From Alphaproteobacteria bacterium (GTDB lineage: Bacteria; Pseudomonadota; Alphaproteobacteria; SMXP01), in contig JAJFIO010000114.1 of the NCBI GenBank assembly GCA_021774915.1, forward strand, positions 1 to 44,677: a stretch of DNA of 44,677 nt, written 5' to 3'. The notes under the pieces were generated by a model. That model searched no databases. It saw only the letters and a list, made by a program, of their open reading frames with translations, and had not been told where the DNA came from. The translations under genes and the position numbers were made by a program. Below, one piece after another: positions 28,673 through 38,290 of this stretch (within the stretch, counting starts at the first letter, position 1; each line of letters begins with the position of its first letter).

Positions 28673-29454
28673 TACATCACCTCTCCTCCAGCCACCGCAA
28701 TGGATTGGCCGGTAATGGCGGCGCTTTCCAGCGAACAAAGCCAAGCCACCGTCGCGGCCACCTCCTCCGGGTGCACCAAACGACCCTGGGGATTGGCAGC
28801 CGTCAGGTCGTCCAGCGCTTGGGCAGGACTGCGCCCGGTCTTTTTAATAAGTGTTTCGACCGAATGTGCAACAATATCCGTATCCGTGTAACCCGGACAA
28901 ACGGCGTTGACAGTAATATTTTTTTGGGCGAGCTCCAGCGCCAATGCGCGTGTGAGGCCAATGAGACCGTGTTTTGCCGCGCAATAGGCGGCAACATAAG
29001 CATAACCTTTAAGACCCGCCGTGCTGGCAATTGAGACAATCCGGCCCCAGCCTGCCTGCTCCATTGACCCCACCACCGCCTTGGCGCAGTAAAAGGCGCC
29101 CGTGAGATTAACCTGCAGCATGGCGCGCCAGTGGGCGCTATCCATTTTTCTGAACGGCATGGACTGCACCGCGCCTGCGTTGTTGACCAGAATAGAAACC
29201 GGCCCCATCCCCTCCACAGCACCCGCAAAAGCGCGATCCACCGCAGCTTCATCGGTTACATCCAGTGTGACCGCTTGAGCGTTATCCAGGTCTCGCGCCG
29301 TGGCGGCAAGGCGCTCTGCGTCCCGGCCCATCAGCGTAATGCACGCCCCTTCAGCCGCCAAGCGGGCGGCGATGGCCGCGCCGATTCCCTTTCCCCCACC
29401 GGTGATCACGGCATGGCGGCCTTTCAGAGGCATATGTGCAAAACTTGGCGTCAT
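28672..29454 (-). CDS. Short-chain dehydrogenase/reductase (3-hydroxyacyl-CoA dehydrogenase-like, abm cluster)
   Basis: [19 protein letters not shown] and NAVCPGY. Start placed at ATG 29454, overlapping the abmA stop. Confidence 0.9.
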   Translation of the reverse strand: MTPSFAHMPLKGRHAVITGGGKGIGAAIAARLAAEGACITLMGRDAERLAATARDLDNAQAVTLDVTDEAAVDRAFAGAVEGMGPVSILVNNAGAVQSMPFRKMDSAHWRAMLQVNLTGAFYCAKAVVGSMEQAGWGRIVSIASTAGLKGYAYVAAYCAAKHGLIGLTRALALELAQKNITVNAVCPGYTDTDIVAHSVETLIKKTGRSPAQALDDLTAANPQGRLVHPEEVAATVAWLCSLESAAITGQSIAVAGGEVM

Positions 29455-31760
29455 GCGTTCAGCGTCAACATCTGGCCCTGGCGTTCCAGATTGCGTTCCA
29501 ATTGCGCTTGACCGCTTAAGTATTGCGGTGGGCATTTCACATCATGGTAGCGTTGCTCTGCCGCGGCGCGCAACGTCCAGCCCGGATCGGTGAGATGGGG
29601 ACGCCCCAGCGCGCACAGATCCGCCCGGCCGGCGGCAATGATGGAATTAACGTGATCCACCTCATAGATATTACCGACTGCCATGGTCGCCATATGGCCC
29701 TCATTGCGGATCTGATCTGAAAACGGCGTCTGGAACATCCGGCCGTAAACGGGTTCAGCTTGCTTGGACGTCTGACCGGCAGACACGTCTATCAGATCAC
29801 ACCCCGCACGATCGAAAGCTTGGGCGATCCGAACAGCATCTTGCGCTGTGATCCCGGCTGCGCCGCGCCAGTCGGTGGCAGAGATGCGTACCGACATGGG
29901 CTTGTGCGAAGGCCAGACATCGCGCATGGCCTGAAACACCTCCAGCGGGAAACGAAGCCGGTTTTCAAGCGAGCCGCCATACTCATCGGTGCGCTTGTTC
30001 GTCAAAGGCGTGACGAACGCCGACAGCAAATACCCATGGGCGCAGTGAAGCTCGACCATATCAAAGCCGCACGTCTGGGCCCTTATGGTGGCGCTGACAA
30101 AATCCGCCCGTACTTTGTCCATATCTTCGCGCGTCATCACGCGCGGGGTCTGGTTCTCGGGCGACCAGGGGATGGCCGATGGCGCGATGATTTCCCAATT
30201 TCCTTGTTCCAGAGGCTTGTCGGCCCCTTCCCATTCGAGGCGGGTTGAACCTTTGGGCCCTGCATGCCCCAATTGGAGGGCGAATTTAGCAGTGCTGTGC
30301 GTGTGGACATACTCGACCACACGGCTCCACGCTTCGGCCTGTTCTTCAGTGTACAAGCCGGCGCAGCCCGGCGTGATCCGGCCTTCCGCCGAGACGTCTG
30401 TCATTTCGGTGAAGAGCAACCCCGCGCCGCCCATCGCCCGGGCGCCATAATGAACCATATGAAAATCGTTGATGGCGCCTTCCTCGGCGGAGTACATGGA
30501 CATGGGCGAGACCACGACCCGGTTGGCGATCTCCATGTCGCGCAGCCTCAAAGGCGTGAACATCGGCGGCATGGCATGAGTGACCGCGCCGCCCGTGGCT
30601 TGGCGCGCAAACCATGCCTCGACGGATTCAAGCCAGGTTTGATCGCGCAAACGCAGGTTTTCATGGCTCACCCGCTGACTCCGGGTCATCAAAGAGTAAG
30701 CGAACTGGAGAGGATCAAACTTCGTATACCGATCAAGGTTTTCGAACCAGTCTGTAGAATTGCGCGCCGCGCTTTGAACCTTCAGCGCCTCCAGATGCCT
30801 TGTGTCTTGATAGGCTTCCAGCGCCCCTTCGATACTCTCGTATTCTTTGCCCGCTGAGAGAGTTTCAGCCAACTCAATGGCGTCTTCAAAGGCAAGCTTG
30901 GTGCCGGACCCAATGGAGAAATGCGCTGTATGCGCCGCATCGCCGAGCAGAACGATATTCTTGTGATGCCATTTCTCGCACTCAACCCGGGAAAAATTAA
31001 GCCAGGCGGAACCGCGCAAATGCTTGGCGTTGCTCATCAATTCATGCCCATCCAGATAAGCGGCAAACAATTGCTCGCAGCGCCGCGAACAGTCATCCTG
31101 ACTCATGTCACCAAAACCGAATTTTTCCCATGTGTCTTGCGAGCACTCGACAATGAAAGTGGATGTATCCTTGTCGAACCGATAGGCATGCGCCCATATC
31201 CAGCCATGTTCTGTTTGTTCAAAGATAAACGTAAAAGCTTCAAATATTTTATGGGTGCCGAGCCAAAGGAACTTGTTTTTCCTGACATCAATACTGGCCT
31301 TGAATTCTTCCGGCCATCTGTTGCGAATTTTACTGTTAATGCCATCCGAGGCGATCAAAAGATCCGCATCGGAAAATTCAGCCAGATCGTTTTCAACATC
31401 AACCTCATATTCGAACACCAGCTTGATGCCGAGATCCCTGGCGCGATCTTGAAGAATATTCAGCAGCCTCTGGCGGCCAATGCCGCAAAATCCGTGTCCG
31501 GTCGATGTGGTGGTCTGCCCTTTGATGTGAACATCAATATCATCCCAATGGGCAAAACTATCCAGAATATCCTGCGCACTTTTGGCGTCGTTCTTAGCCA
31601 GGTTTTCCATGGTCTGATCGGAAAATACCACGCCCCAGCCAAATGTATCGCCCGGCTGATTGCGTTCATACACGGTAATTTCGTGTGACGGGTCGCGCCG
31701 TTTTAACGAAATCGCAAAGTAAAGACCCGCAGGGCCTCCTCCCAGACAAGCAACTTTCAT
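29451..31760 (-). CDS. abmA: Anthraniloyl-CoA monooxygenase/reductase (salicylyl-CoA 5-hydroxylase family)
   Basis: GGGPAGLY and [29 protein letters not shown] flavin monooxygenase half, fused to an OYE half ([30 protein letters not shown]). 769 aa. Confidence 0.9.
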   Translation of the reverse strand: MKVACLGGGPAGLYFAISLKRRDPSHEITVYERNQPGDTFGWGVVFSDQTMENLAKNDAKSAQDILDSFAHWDDIDVHIKGQTTTSTGHGFCGIGRQRLLNILQDRARDLGIKLVFEYEVDVENDLAEFSDADLLIASDGINSKIRNRWPEEFKASIDVRKNKFLWLGTHKIFEAFTFIFEQTEHGWIWAHAYRFDKDTSTFIVECSQDTWEKFGFGDMSQDDCSRRCEQLFAAYLDGHELMSNAKHLRGSAWLNFSRVECEKWHHKNIVLLGDAAHTAHFSIGSGTKLAFEDAIELAETLSAGKEYESIEGALEAYQDTRHLEALKVQSAARNSTDWFENLDRYTKFDPLQFAYSLMTRSQRVSHENLRLRDQTWLESVEAWFARQATGGAVTHAMPPMFTPLRLRDMEIANRVVVSPMSMYSAEEGAINDFHMVHYGARAMGGAGLLFTEMTDVSAEGRITPGCAGLYTEEQAEAWSRVVEYVHTHSTAKFALQLGHAGPKGSTRLEWEGADKPLEQGNWEIIAPSAIPWSPENQTPRVMTREDMDKVRADFVSATIRAQTCGFDMVELHCAHGYLLSAFVTPLTNKRTDEYGGSLENRLRFPLEVFQAMRDVWPSHKPMSVRISATDWRGAAGITAQDAVRIAQAFDRAGCDLIDVSAGQTSKQAEPVYGRMFQTPFSDQIRNEGHMATMAVGNIYEVDHVNSIIAAGRADLCALGRPHLTDPGWTLRAAAEQRYHDVKCPPQYLSGQAQLERNLERQGQMLTLNA

Positions 31761-31791
31761 GGCGCATTCCTTCGTTTGTAAGAAGTGATAT

Positions 31792-31809
31792 TATTTTATG
31801 ATTAAAATA
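31792..31809. promoter_or_regulatory. TTTA-N4-TAAA palindrome, putative MarR operator (copy 2)
   Basis: TATTTTATGATTAAAATA about 30 nt upstream of the abmA start. Confidence 0.6.
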
Positions 31810-31929
31810 TATATTGCGCAAGATACGGTGGCAGATAAAATGGAAACATGCGACCTTTAGTCCAAGTCCGAGTAATACCGCTTTTCCGCCAAATTTCACG
31901 ACCAAGTCAGCCGCAAAAGGACAGTCCTG

Positions 31930-32910
31930 ATGACAGCTAAAATAAGGTGGGGACTGATCGGGACGGGCGCTATGGCCCATCGCTGCGCCGCCGCCCTGTC
32001 CAGCCTGGACGATGCTGAAGTGGCCGCTGTGGGCTCACGCAGCCTATCTCAGGCGCAGCGTTTTGGTGACACCTTCGGTATCCCACGGCGCCACGGCAGC
32101 ACCCAGGACCTGGCGCAGGATTCCGACATTGATGTGATTTATATCGCCACGCCCCCGGCGCTCCACGCCGCGCAAGTCCGGATGTGTCTGGAGGCGGGCA
32201 CGCCCGTGCTCTGCGAAAGGCCCTTTGCCATCAACAGCCGCGAGGCCGAGCCGGTGATCGCGCTGGCGCGTGAAAAAGGCCTGTTTCTCATGGAGGCCAT
32301 GTGGACGCGGACCTTGCCGGCCACTGAAACCCTGAAAGAGTGGCTTGCCAAAAAGATGATCGGAAAGGTCGAGATGGTGGTTGGTGGCGGCGGCTACGCG
32401 CAATCAGGTGCGCCCGGGCCCTCCCTATTTAATCTGGAGACGGGCGGCGGTGTGCTCCTGAACCGCGGCGTCGATCTGGTCGCCATGATTTCACTGATTC
32501 TCGGCCGTCCGGCCACCATGACCAGCATGGGCTCCCTTAATGAGCGCGATATTGACGATCAGGAGATGGTCCTTCTGGGTTATTCCGGCGGGCGCATGGC
32601 CAATCTCACCCTGTCGAGCAAAATAGACTGGCCTCCCGATCTGACTATTTTAGGCGATGCCGGATCAATCAAGGTGCATGCGCCGCTGACCTGCCCACCC
32701 GCCCTGACCCTCACCACAGGGGCGGGCACGCACACCACGACTTTTGATGAGCCTCATGACGGCATGACCTCTGGCGCGGCCGAAGTGATGCGCTGCCTAC
32801 GCGAAGGGCGTCTGGAAAGCGATCTCATGCCCCTCGATGAGACCGTGAGGCTCCTGGATATTCTCAATGAAATCCGCCTACAGATCGGCCTCAGATTCCC
32901 GACCGAGTAA
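31930..32910 (+). CDS. Gfo/Idh/MocA-family oxidoreductase with atypical catalytic motifs
   Basis: WGLIGTG, DVIYIATP and LMEAMWTR are present, but CERP replaces CEKP and GGVLLNRGVD replaces GG.LLD.G.Y/H. Confidence 0.8.
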   Translation: MTAKIRWGLIGTGAMAHRCAAALSSLDDAEVAAVGSRSLSQAQRFGDTFGIPRRHGSTQDLAQDSDIDVIYIATPPALHAAQVRMCLEAGTPVLCERPFAINSREAEPVIALAREKGLFLMEAMWTRTLPATETLKEWLAKKMIGKVEMVVGGGGYAQSGAPGPSLFNLETGGGVLLNRGVDLVAMISLILGRPATMTSMGSLNERDIDDQEMVLLGYSGGRMANLTLSSKIDWPPDLTILGDAGSIKVHAPLTCPPALTLTTGAGTHTTTFDEPHDGMTSGAAEVMRCLREGRLESDLMPLDETVRLLDILNEIRLQIGLRFPTE

Positions 32911-34372
32911 ATTCCAAATCGGATACGGCTGACGGCGCAGCCCAAGGCATGTCAACGCTGACGGAGTTGGAGGGAAGTGATGGTGTCCCCGCTTCCCCAA
33001 ACGCCCGCACATAATAAGTATAGTTCAACCCTCCCAAAACGGTCCGGTCATCGAATTTCGTGCTCTTTTTGGCTTCGATACAAATGACCTCACCTCGGTC
33101 CTCGGCCCGGTAAATATCATAACCTAACACCCGTGGCCCTGTCGCGGGTGGCCAGTTCAGCCGCACCATGCCGCCTTCAATCCGCGCCGTCAGGATATTG
33201 CCCTCCGGCCATGCAGGGCGATCAGCGTGAGGATCATCGCGTGGGGCTTGGGCATTGCCCTTGGGCCACAGGAAACACGTCACGGGTTTGAAATTCTCAT
33301 CAAGCTGCTTGCACACATTGCAGTAGATACAGCGCAGGATCTCATCCGTGCGGCCTTCGCTCACTTTTTTCGGCCAATCAGGATCAGCCAGCAATTGCCG
33401 CGCCATGCCGATCATATCGCCGCGGCCTTCTTCCAAGACCCGCTCGGCGTCCTCCGGCGCGCTGATTTTCCCGATTGCGACCACGGGGACCTGATAGCCT
33501 TTATCGCGCAGGTATTTTCGGATACGGGTCGGGTATTCGATATGCGGCATCGCCGGATAGTGCGCCCCGGGCATGCACCGGTCGCCTGAATAGCCGGTAT
33601 AAGGATAAGGCGGACGGCCTTTCTGGGGAATAGCGTCCTCGAATTTACCGCCAACCGACAAGGAGATGTAATCACAGCCCAATTGCGCCATCCGCAGGGC
33701 AATCAACCGCGAATCTTCCAGCGTATAGCCATCCTTGATCATTTCATCGGCGAGAAAGCGCACACCGACGGGAAAATCCTCCCCCACCTGCGCGCGCACT
33801 TCAGCAAAGACCTCTCCAAACATGCGCAGACGGCCCTCTAAGGTGCGCCCATCATAGTGATCCCGGCGTCGGTTCAAGCGCGACAGCGACGACGCCAGGG
33901 TATAGGCATGGGCGGCATGCAGTTCGACCCCGTCATACCCCGCCTCACGCACCCTCAAAGCGGCCTCGCCGAACTGCCGGATGATGTCAGTCATCTCATC
34001 GGTCGACAACATATCGAGAGTTTGACGCCAGCCGGACCGGGCCACCTTCATGAAGTGAATGATCTGGGGCACGATTTTGGAAGGCCCGGCCTCATGGACC
34101 CGCGCGACGAGTTCTTTGTGGCCGGCAATGAATTTATCATCAGAAAGACGGAGCAACGGACCTGACTTCGATTCGTGGATCGCCGTCGCCTCGACCACGA
34201 TCAGACCCACATGACCTTGGGCAAAACGCACATACCGATCAATAATCGCCTGATTGACAAAACCATCATCCCCCGACAGGCGGGTCACCATCGCCGGGAC
34301 AATCATCCGGTTGGGCACAGTCATGCCGTTCATGGTGAGTGGCGCCATCAGCTTTTGATATGACATGGCCAT
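32891..34372 (-). CDS. NADH:flavin oxidoreductase (old yellow enzyme family) with an Fe-S motif and a C-terminal fibronectin-III-like domain
   Basis: PNR...PAMVT, GYDGVELHAAHAYTL, GMARQLLADPDWP.K and CIYCNVC...C, then a LNWPP..VLGYDIYR...YTYYVRAF...S.PSN tail. Start placed at ATG 34372. Confidence 0.85.
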   Translation of the reverse strand: MAMSYQKLMAPLTMNGMTVPNRMIVPAMVTRLSGDDGFVNQAIIDRYVRFAQGHVGLIVVEATAIHESKSGPLLRLSDDKFIAGHKELVARVHEAGPSKIVPQIIHFMKVARSGWRQTLDMLSTDEMTDIIRQFGEAALRVREAGYDGVELHAAHAYTLASSLSRLNRRRDHYDGRTLEGRLRMFGEVFAEVRAQVGEDFPVGVRFLADEMIKDGYTLEDSRLIALRMAQLGCDYISLSVGGKFEDAIPQKGRPPYPYTGYSGDRCMPGAHYPAMPHIEYPTRIRKYLRDKGYQVPVVAIGKISAPEDAERVLEEGRGDMIGMARQLLADPDWPKKVSEGRTDEILRCIYCNVCKQLDENFKPVTCFLWPKGNAQAPRDDPHADRPAWPEGNILTARIEGGMVRLNWPPATGPRVLGYDIYRAEDRGEVICIEAKKSTKFDDRTVLGGLNYTYYVRAFGEAGTPSLPSNSVSVDMPWAAPSAVSDLEFTRSGI

Positions 34373-34501
34373 TAGCACTTTCCTATTGTCACATGAGGTT
34401 TCACTGCCAAACATCACTGGCGGACCTCACACCATTGCAGGCGCCTTCTCGCGCTCAGCAACGCACCAAGAGTATAGAGGAACTTTGCCTATTTGAATAT
34501 T

Positions 34502-34517
34502 ACTTTATGCATAAAAT
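34502..34517. promoter_or_regulatory. TTTA-N4-TAAA palindrome, putative MarR operator (copy 3)
   Basis: ACTTTATGCATAAAAT in the divergent OYE/qhpA gap, immediately before a TTGACG -35-like hexamer at 34520. Confidence 0.55.
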
Positions 34518-34660
34518 ACTTGACGGGCTCTGGTCATTAGCGTCATCATCCGGCATACTTTGAATCCAAAAATCGGGTTGTTCTCGGGGTTCACCACGTT
34601 TAAGGCCAGATTTTCATATTCACGAGTTTTCCAATAATTCCTAACTTCAAGAGTGGACGA

Positions 34661-36406
34661 ATGACACGAGGGCGGCAGTGTAAATTAACCCATTTCTTGG
34701 GCGTGCTTCTTCTCATCATAGGCAGTGCATCGCTGGCGGGGTGCGACGAGAGCGAGACAGACGCCCAGAGCACGCCGCCAGAGGCCATGAGCCCGGCCGA
34801 ATCCACTTTATCCTCCACTTCAGTCGATGCGCCTGAGACCCCTCAACCTGTCACCCCAACCCCTCAGCCAATCTCCATAACAGTCGAACCTTCAGAGCCA
34901 CTTGCCGCATCCGAATTGCTGAGCCTTTATTGCGGCGCTTGCCACACGCCAACCAATAATGGCGGCCTCAGCCGAATCAGCAATATGCGCAAAACCCCTG
35001 AGGGCTGGGACATGTCCATTGTGCGCATGTCTATATTTCATGGTGTTGACGTGCCGGTGGATATCCGGCGCACACTGGTGAAATATCTTGCCGATGCCCA
35101 GGGCCTGGCGCCCAGTGAAACGCAAGGCCACCGCGCGGTGCTGGAGCAGCGGCACAACATTATCGAAACCGGCTTTGATGAAGAACTGAATGTCATGTGC
35201 GCGCGCTGTCATTCCAATGCGCGTTACGCGTTGCAGCGCCGGGATACTGACGAATGGAATCTACTGGCCAACATGCATGCCGGCCAATGGCAGTCGATCG
35301 AATACCAGGCGCTCGCCCGGGATCGGAACTGGTGGGAGATCGCCTCCACAATCGTACCGGAAAAACTAGGCTCCCTTTATCCCCTGGAGACCACTGCCTG
35401 GTCCGACTGGCGCGCAATGCCGCGCGAAGATCTGTCCGGCACTTGGGCGGTAACAGGCCACTGGCCCGGTAAGGGCGATTATGCCGGCGCCATGGAGATC
35501 GATGCCGATGGGGACGACGCCTATCACGCTACATACACCCTCACCACGAGTTCCGGCGACACACTGACCGGAACCACAAAGGCCATTGTTTACACAGGCT
35601 ATGAATGGCGCGGTCGGGGCACATGGGGTGACATGCCGATCCGGGAAATCTTTGCCCTGTCGGAAGAAGGTACGGAACTTACCGGACGCTGGCATATTGA
35701 AGACAGTTTCGAGATTGGCTCCGATTTCAGCGCATCGCGCGTAGACGCCAATGCCCCCCACATCACGTCCGTCTGGCCCGCCGTAGTTGAGAGCGGAGAG
35801 TCGGTCGATGTCACAATCATCGGCATGAATCTGGAAGGCGATGTTTCTTTAGGACCTGATATCAAAGCGCAGGTGACCGAGCGCAGCGCAACCAAAATCA
35901 TTGTGCGCGCCAAAGCGAAATGCAGCGCTGCCTCCGGCTTGCGCAATATCGAAGTGGGTGATGCCAGCGCTCAAAACGCGCTGACGCTTTATGAAGACGT
36001 GGATTATATTCAGATCTCACCGGATTACGGCATTGCACGGGTGGGCGGCGGCATGACACCGCCGGTCACCGCCCAGTTTGAAGCCATCGGCTACACCAAT
36101 GGGCCGGACGGCATTGCGCAAACGGAAGATGACCTGTCCATTGGCCCGTTACAAGCAGAGTGGCGGGTGGAAGCCTATGATGAGGTGGCGCAAGCGCTGG
36201 AAGATGTGAAATATGCCGGCACCCTTGATGACAGTGGTCTTTTTACACCCGGCGACGCAGGCCCCAATCCGGAGCGCAAATACGGCACCAATAATGTCGG
36301 TGATCTCAAAATCATCGCATCCGTGCCCACTTATAATGGCAAGGCGGAAAATGCTGCACATCTGATTGTCACCGTTCAGAAATGGAACAATCCGCCGATA
36401 CAGTAA
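34661..36406 (+). CDS. qhpA: Quinohemoprotein amine dehydrogenase alpha subunit (di-heme c) with lipoprotein signal
   Basis: Heme motifs CGACH and CARCH, plus RKTPEGWDM, YTGYEWRG, ARVGGG, AGPNPERK..TNNVG.L and LIVTVQKWNNPPI. Confidence 0.95.
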   Translation: MTRGRQCKLTHFLGVLLLIIGSASLAGCDESETDAQSTPPEAMSPAESTLSSTSVDAPETPQPVTPTPQPISITVEPSEPLAASELLSLYCGACHTPTNNGGLSRISNMRKTPEGWDMSIVRMSIFHGVDVPVDIRRTLVKYLADAQGLAPSETQGHRAVLEQRHNIIETGFDEELNVMCARCHSNARYALQRRDTDEWNLLANMHAGQWQSIEYQALARDRNWWEIASTIVPEKLGSLYPLETTAWSDWRAMPREDLSGTWAVTGHWPGKGDYAGAMEIDADGDDAYHATYTLTTSSGDTLTGTTKAIVYTGYEWRGRGTWGDMPIREIFALSEEGTELTGRWHIEDSFEIGSDFSASRVDANAPHITSVWPAVVESGESVDVTIIGMNLEGDVSLGPDIKAQVTERSATKIIVRAKAKCSAASGLRNIEVGDASAQNALTLYEDVDYIQISPDYGIARVGGGMTPPVTAQFEAIGYTNGPDGIAQTEDDLSIGPLQAEWRVEAYDEVAQALEDVKYAGTLDDSGLFTPGDAGPNPERKYGTNNVGDLKIIASVPTYNGKAENAAHLIVTVQKWNNPPIQ

Positions 36407-36444
36407 TCGGGCGCAACCAAAGCCACAAGGAGCATGCGATCAAC

Positions 36445-37926
36445 ATGGGGATGTTACAGCTCAAACACGACACCATCCATGACGTCCATGTGGGCGCACG
36501 CCGTGTATTGTTTCATGTGCCCACCACAGGATTGTTTGAGTTGGACACGCTCAGCAGCGCAGTCCTCGATCTGTTCAAAGACAAAGGGCAGGTCACCCCC
36601 GGCGATGTCCGTGACTGTTTTGAAGGCAGCCATAACGCCGATGACATCGCGCAGACGATCCGCGACTTTCTCGATCTTGGTGTTGTGACGGATGGCCCAA
36701 ACCCAACGCAGGACGCCCGCCCCCCTCTCAAAATTGACAATTACCCCCTCAGTACTATTATTTTGAACGTTAATACAGGCTGCAATCTGAGTTGCAGCTA
36801 TTGCTACAAGGAAGATCTGGCGACGCCCAAAGAGGGGCTCAAGATGGATTTTCCTACGGCACGCAAAAGCATAGACCTGCTCTTAGCCGAAGCTACCATG
36901 CGGGACCGGATCAATGTGGTTTTTTTTGGCGGCGAACCGCTGACCAATTTCGATCTTATCCAACAGGTTGTAGCGTACACGGAAAAAAGATGCGCGGAAG
37001 AGAATAAAATTGCCGATTTTTCCCTAACCACCAACGCCACACTGCTTACCCCTGAGATTGTCGATTTTTTCAACGCGCATAAATTCGGTATCGCGGTGAG
37101 CATTGACGGCCCCAAAGCCGTGCACGACAAAAATCGTAAAACAGTCGGTGGCAAAGGCACCTATGATGTGGTTTCCGATAAAGCCTGTATGCTGCTCGCC
37201 CGCTATACCGCCCGGCCCGTCGGCGCACGGGTGACCCTCACGCGCGGGGTCACGGATGTCGTGGGGATACACCGGCATTTGCGTGATACATTCGGATTTT
37301 ATGAAGTCGGCTTCGCTCCGGCAACCTCGGCCGACATTTCCGCATTTAATCTTAACGCTGAGGAACTCTCTGAAGTGTTTCTTAAGATGAAAGAGCTGGG
37401 CCGCCTTTACCTCAAAGCTGCGCTCAAGGGGGAAAATATTGGCTTTGGCAATCTCCATCAACTTATGACGGACCTTCATGAAGGCACGCGCAAATCCCTG
37501 CCTTGCGGCGCCGGTCTAGGGCTGCTTTCGGTCGACACCAAAGGCGACCTCAATTTATGCCACCGGTTCACCGGCTCCACATTACCGACTTTCGGGTCAG
37601 TTGATAAAGGTATTGATAAACCCCGCCTGGGCGCTCTCATCGAGGCGGCCGGAAAGCGCGCGGGAACAGGATGCGAGACCTGCCGTATACAAAATATTTG
37701 TTCAAGCGGCTGTTATCACGAATCATACGCCAAATATGGCGATCCCCTTCACCCGACTTATCATTATTGCGATCATTTGCGCGATTGGGTGGATTTCGGC
37801 ATTGAAGTTTATATACAAATTCTGAATGAAAACCCCGATTTTTTCGAGCGCCATATAAACCCCCGGATCGCCGCAAAAGACAGTACAGGTCAATTCGCCA
37901 TTTTGTCAGGACAGGACGCATCATGA
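36445..37926 (+). CDS. qhpD: Radical SAM/SPASM thioether cross-linking maturase of the QHNDH gamma subunit
   Basis: [30 protein letters not shown]...CHRF and C..C...C.SGCYHE SPASM cysteines. Start placed at ATG 36445 behind AAGGAG. Confidence 0.95.
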   Translation: MGMLQLKHDTIHDVHVGARRVLFHVPTTGLFELDTLSSAVLDLFKDKGQVTPGDVRDCFEGSHNADDIAQTIRDFLDLGVVTDGPNPTQDARPPLKIDNYPLSTIILNVNTGCNLSCSYCYKEDLATPKEGLKMDFPTARKSIDLLLAEATMRDRINVVFFGGEPLTNFDLIQQVVAYTEKRCAEENKIADFSLTTNATLLTPEIVDFFNAHKFGIAVSIDGPKAVHDKNRKTVGGKGTYDVVSDKACMLLARYTARPVGARVTLTRGVTDVVGIHRHLRDTFGFYEVGFAPATSADISAFNLNAEELSEVFLKMKELGRLYLKAALKGENIGFGNLHQLMTDLHEGTRKSLPCGAGLGLLSVDTKGDLNLCHRFTGSTLPTFGSVDKGIDKPRLGALIEAAGKRAGTGCETCRIQNICSSGCYHESYAKYGDPLHPTYHYCDHLRDWVDFGIEVYIQILNENPDFFERHINPRIAAKDSTGQFAILSGQDAS

Positions 37927-38243
37927 ATCACCTGAAACCACTCAACAAAAAAGCTCATCTGGTCTCCCGCGCTCTCGATGAAGGCCATATGAAAGAGGTC
38001 ACCGCAATGCAGACCGTGGTCGGCTGCACCGCTTCGTTGGATCCGGGCTGGGAGGTTGATCCCTTCGGCACGCTGACATCGCTTTGCCAACCCATGGAAG
38101 CCGATCTTTACGGCTGCGCCGATCCCTGCTGGTGGCCGGCGCAAGTGCCCGATACCATCAACTCTTACCCCAATTGGAACGCTGAAGCGGCATCGGGCCA
38201 AAATGACTGGCGCAAGCTGGAAGCGGTCTTTCCAAAAGACTGA
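37923..38243 (+). CDS. qhpC: Quinohemoprotein amine dehydrogenase gamma subunit precursor (CTQ-bearing)
   Basis: 28-aa leader, then M..VVGCT.S.DPGWEVD.FG....[24 protein letters not shown]. The Cys7/Glu16, Cys27/Asp33, Cys41/Asp49 and Cys37/Trp43 positions are all conserved. Confidence 0.97.
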   Translation: MNHLKPLNKKAHLVSRALDEGHMKEVTAMQTVVGCTASLDPGWEVDPFGTLTSLCQPMEADLYGCADPCWWPAQVPDTINSYPNWNAEAASGQNDWRKLEAVFPKD

Positions 38244-38290
38244 CACGAGACCGGTCGCCTGCGGAATCATACTTAAGCGAAAGAGAACAC

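Noticed and set aside
31836-31910. Possible degenerate extragenic repeat upstream of the Gfo/Idh/MocA gene
   Set aside because: Only faint resemblance to alphaproteobacterial repeats, with no clean inverted repeat or second copy.
36382-36444. Apparent qhpA/qhpD overlap and other long N-terminal extensions in the ORF track (paaZ, di-iron gene, abm SDR and MarR, qhpG)
   Set aside because: Artefacts of calling the most upstream start. Downstream starts have an RBS or stop-start coupling, or fit the family N-terminus better.
36445-38243. Radical SAM/SPASM enzyme plus small Cys-rich peptide, protease and ABC exporter as a novel RiPP cluster
   Set aside because: The peptide is clearly the QHNDH gamma subunit ([27 protein letters not shown]) flanked by the alpha and beta subunits. 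This is the known qhp system.
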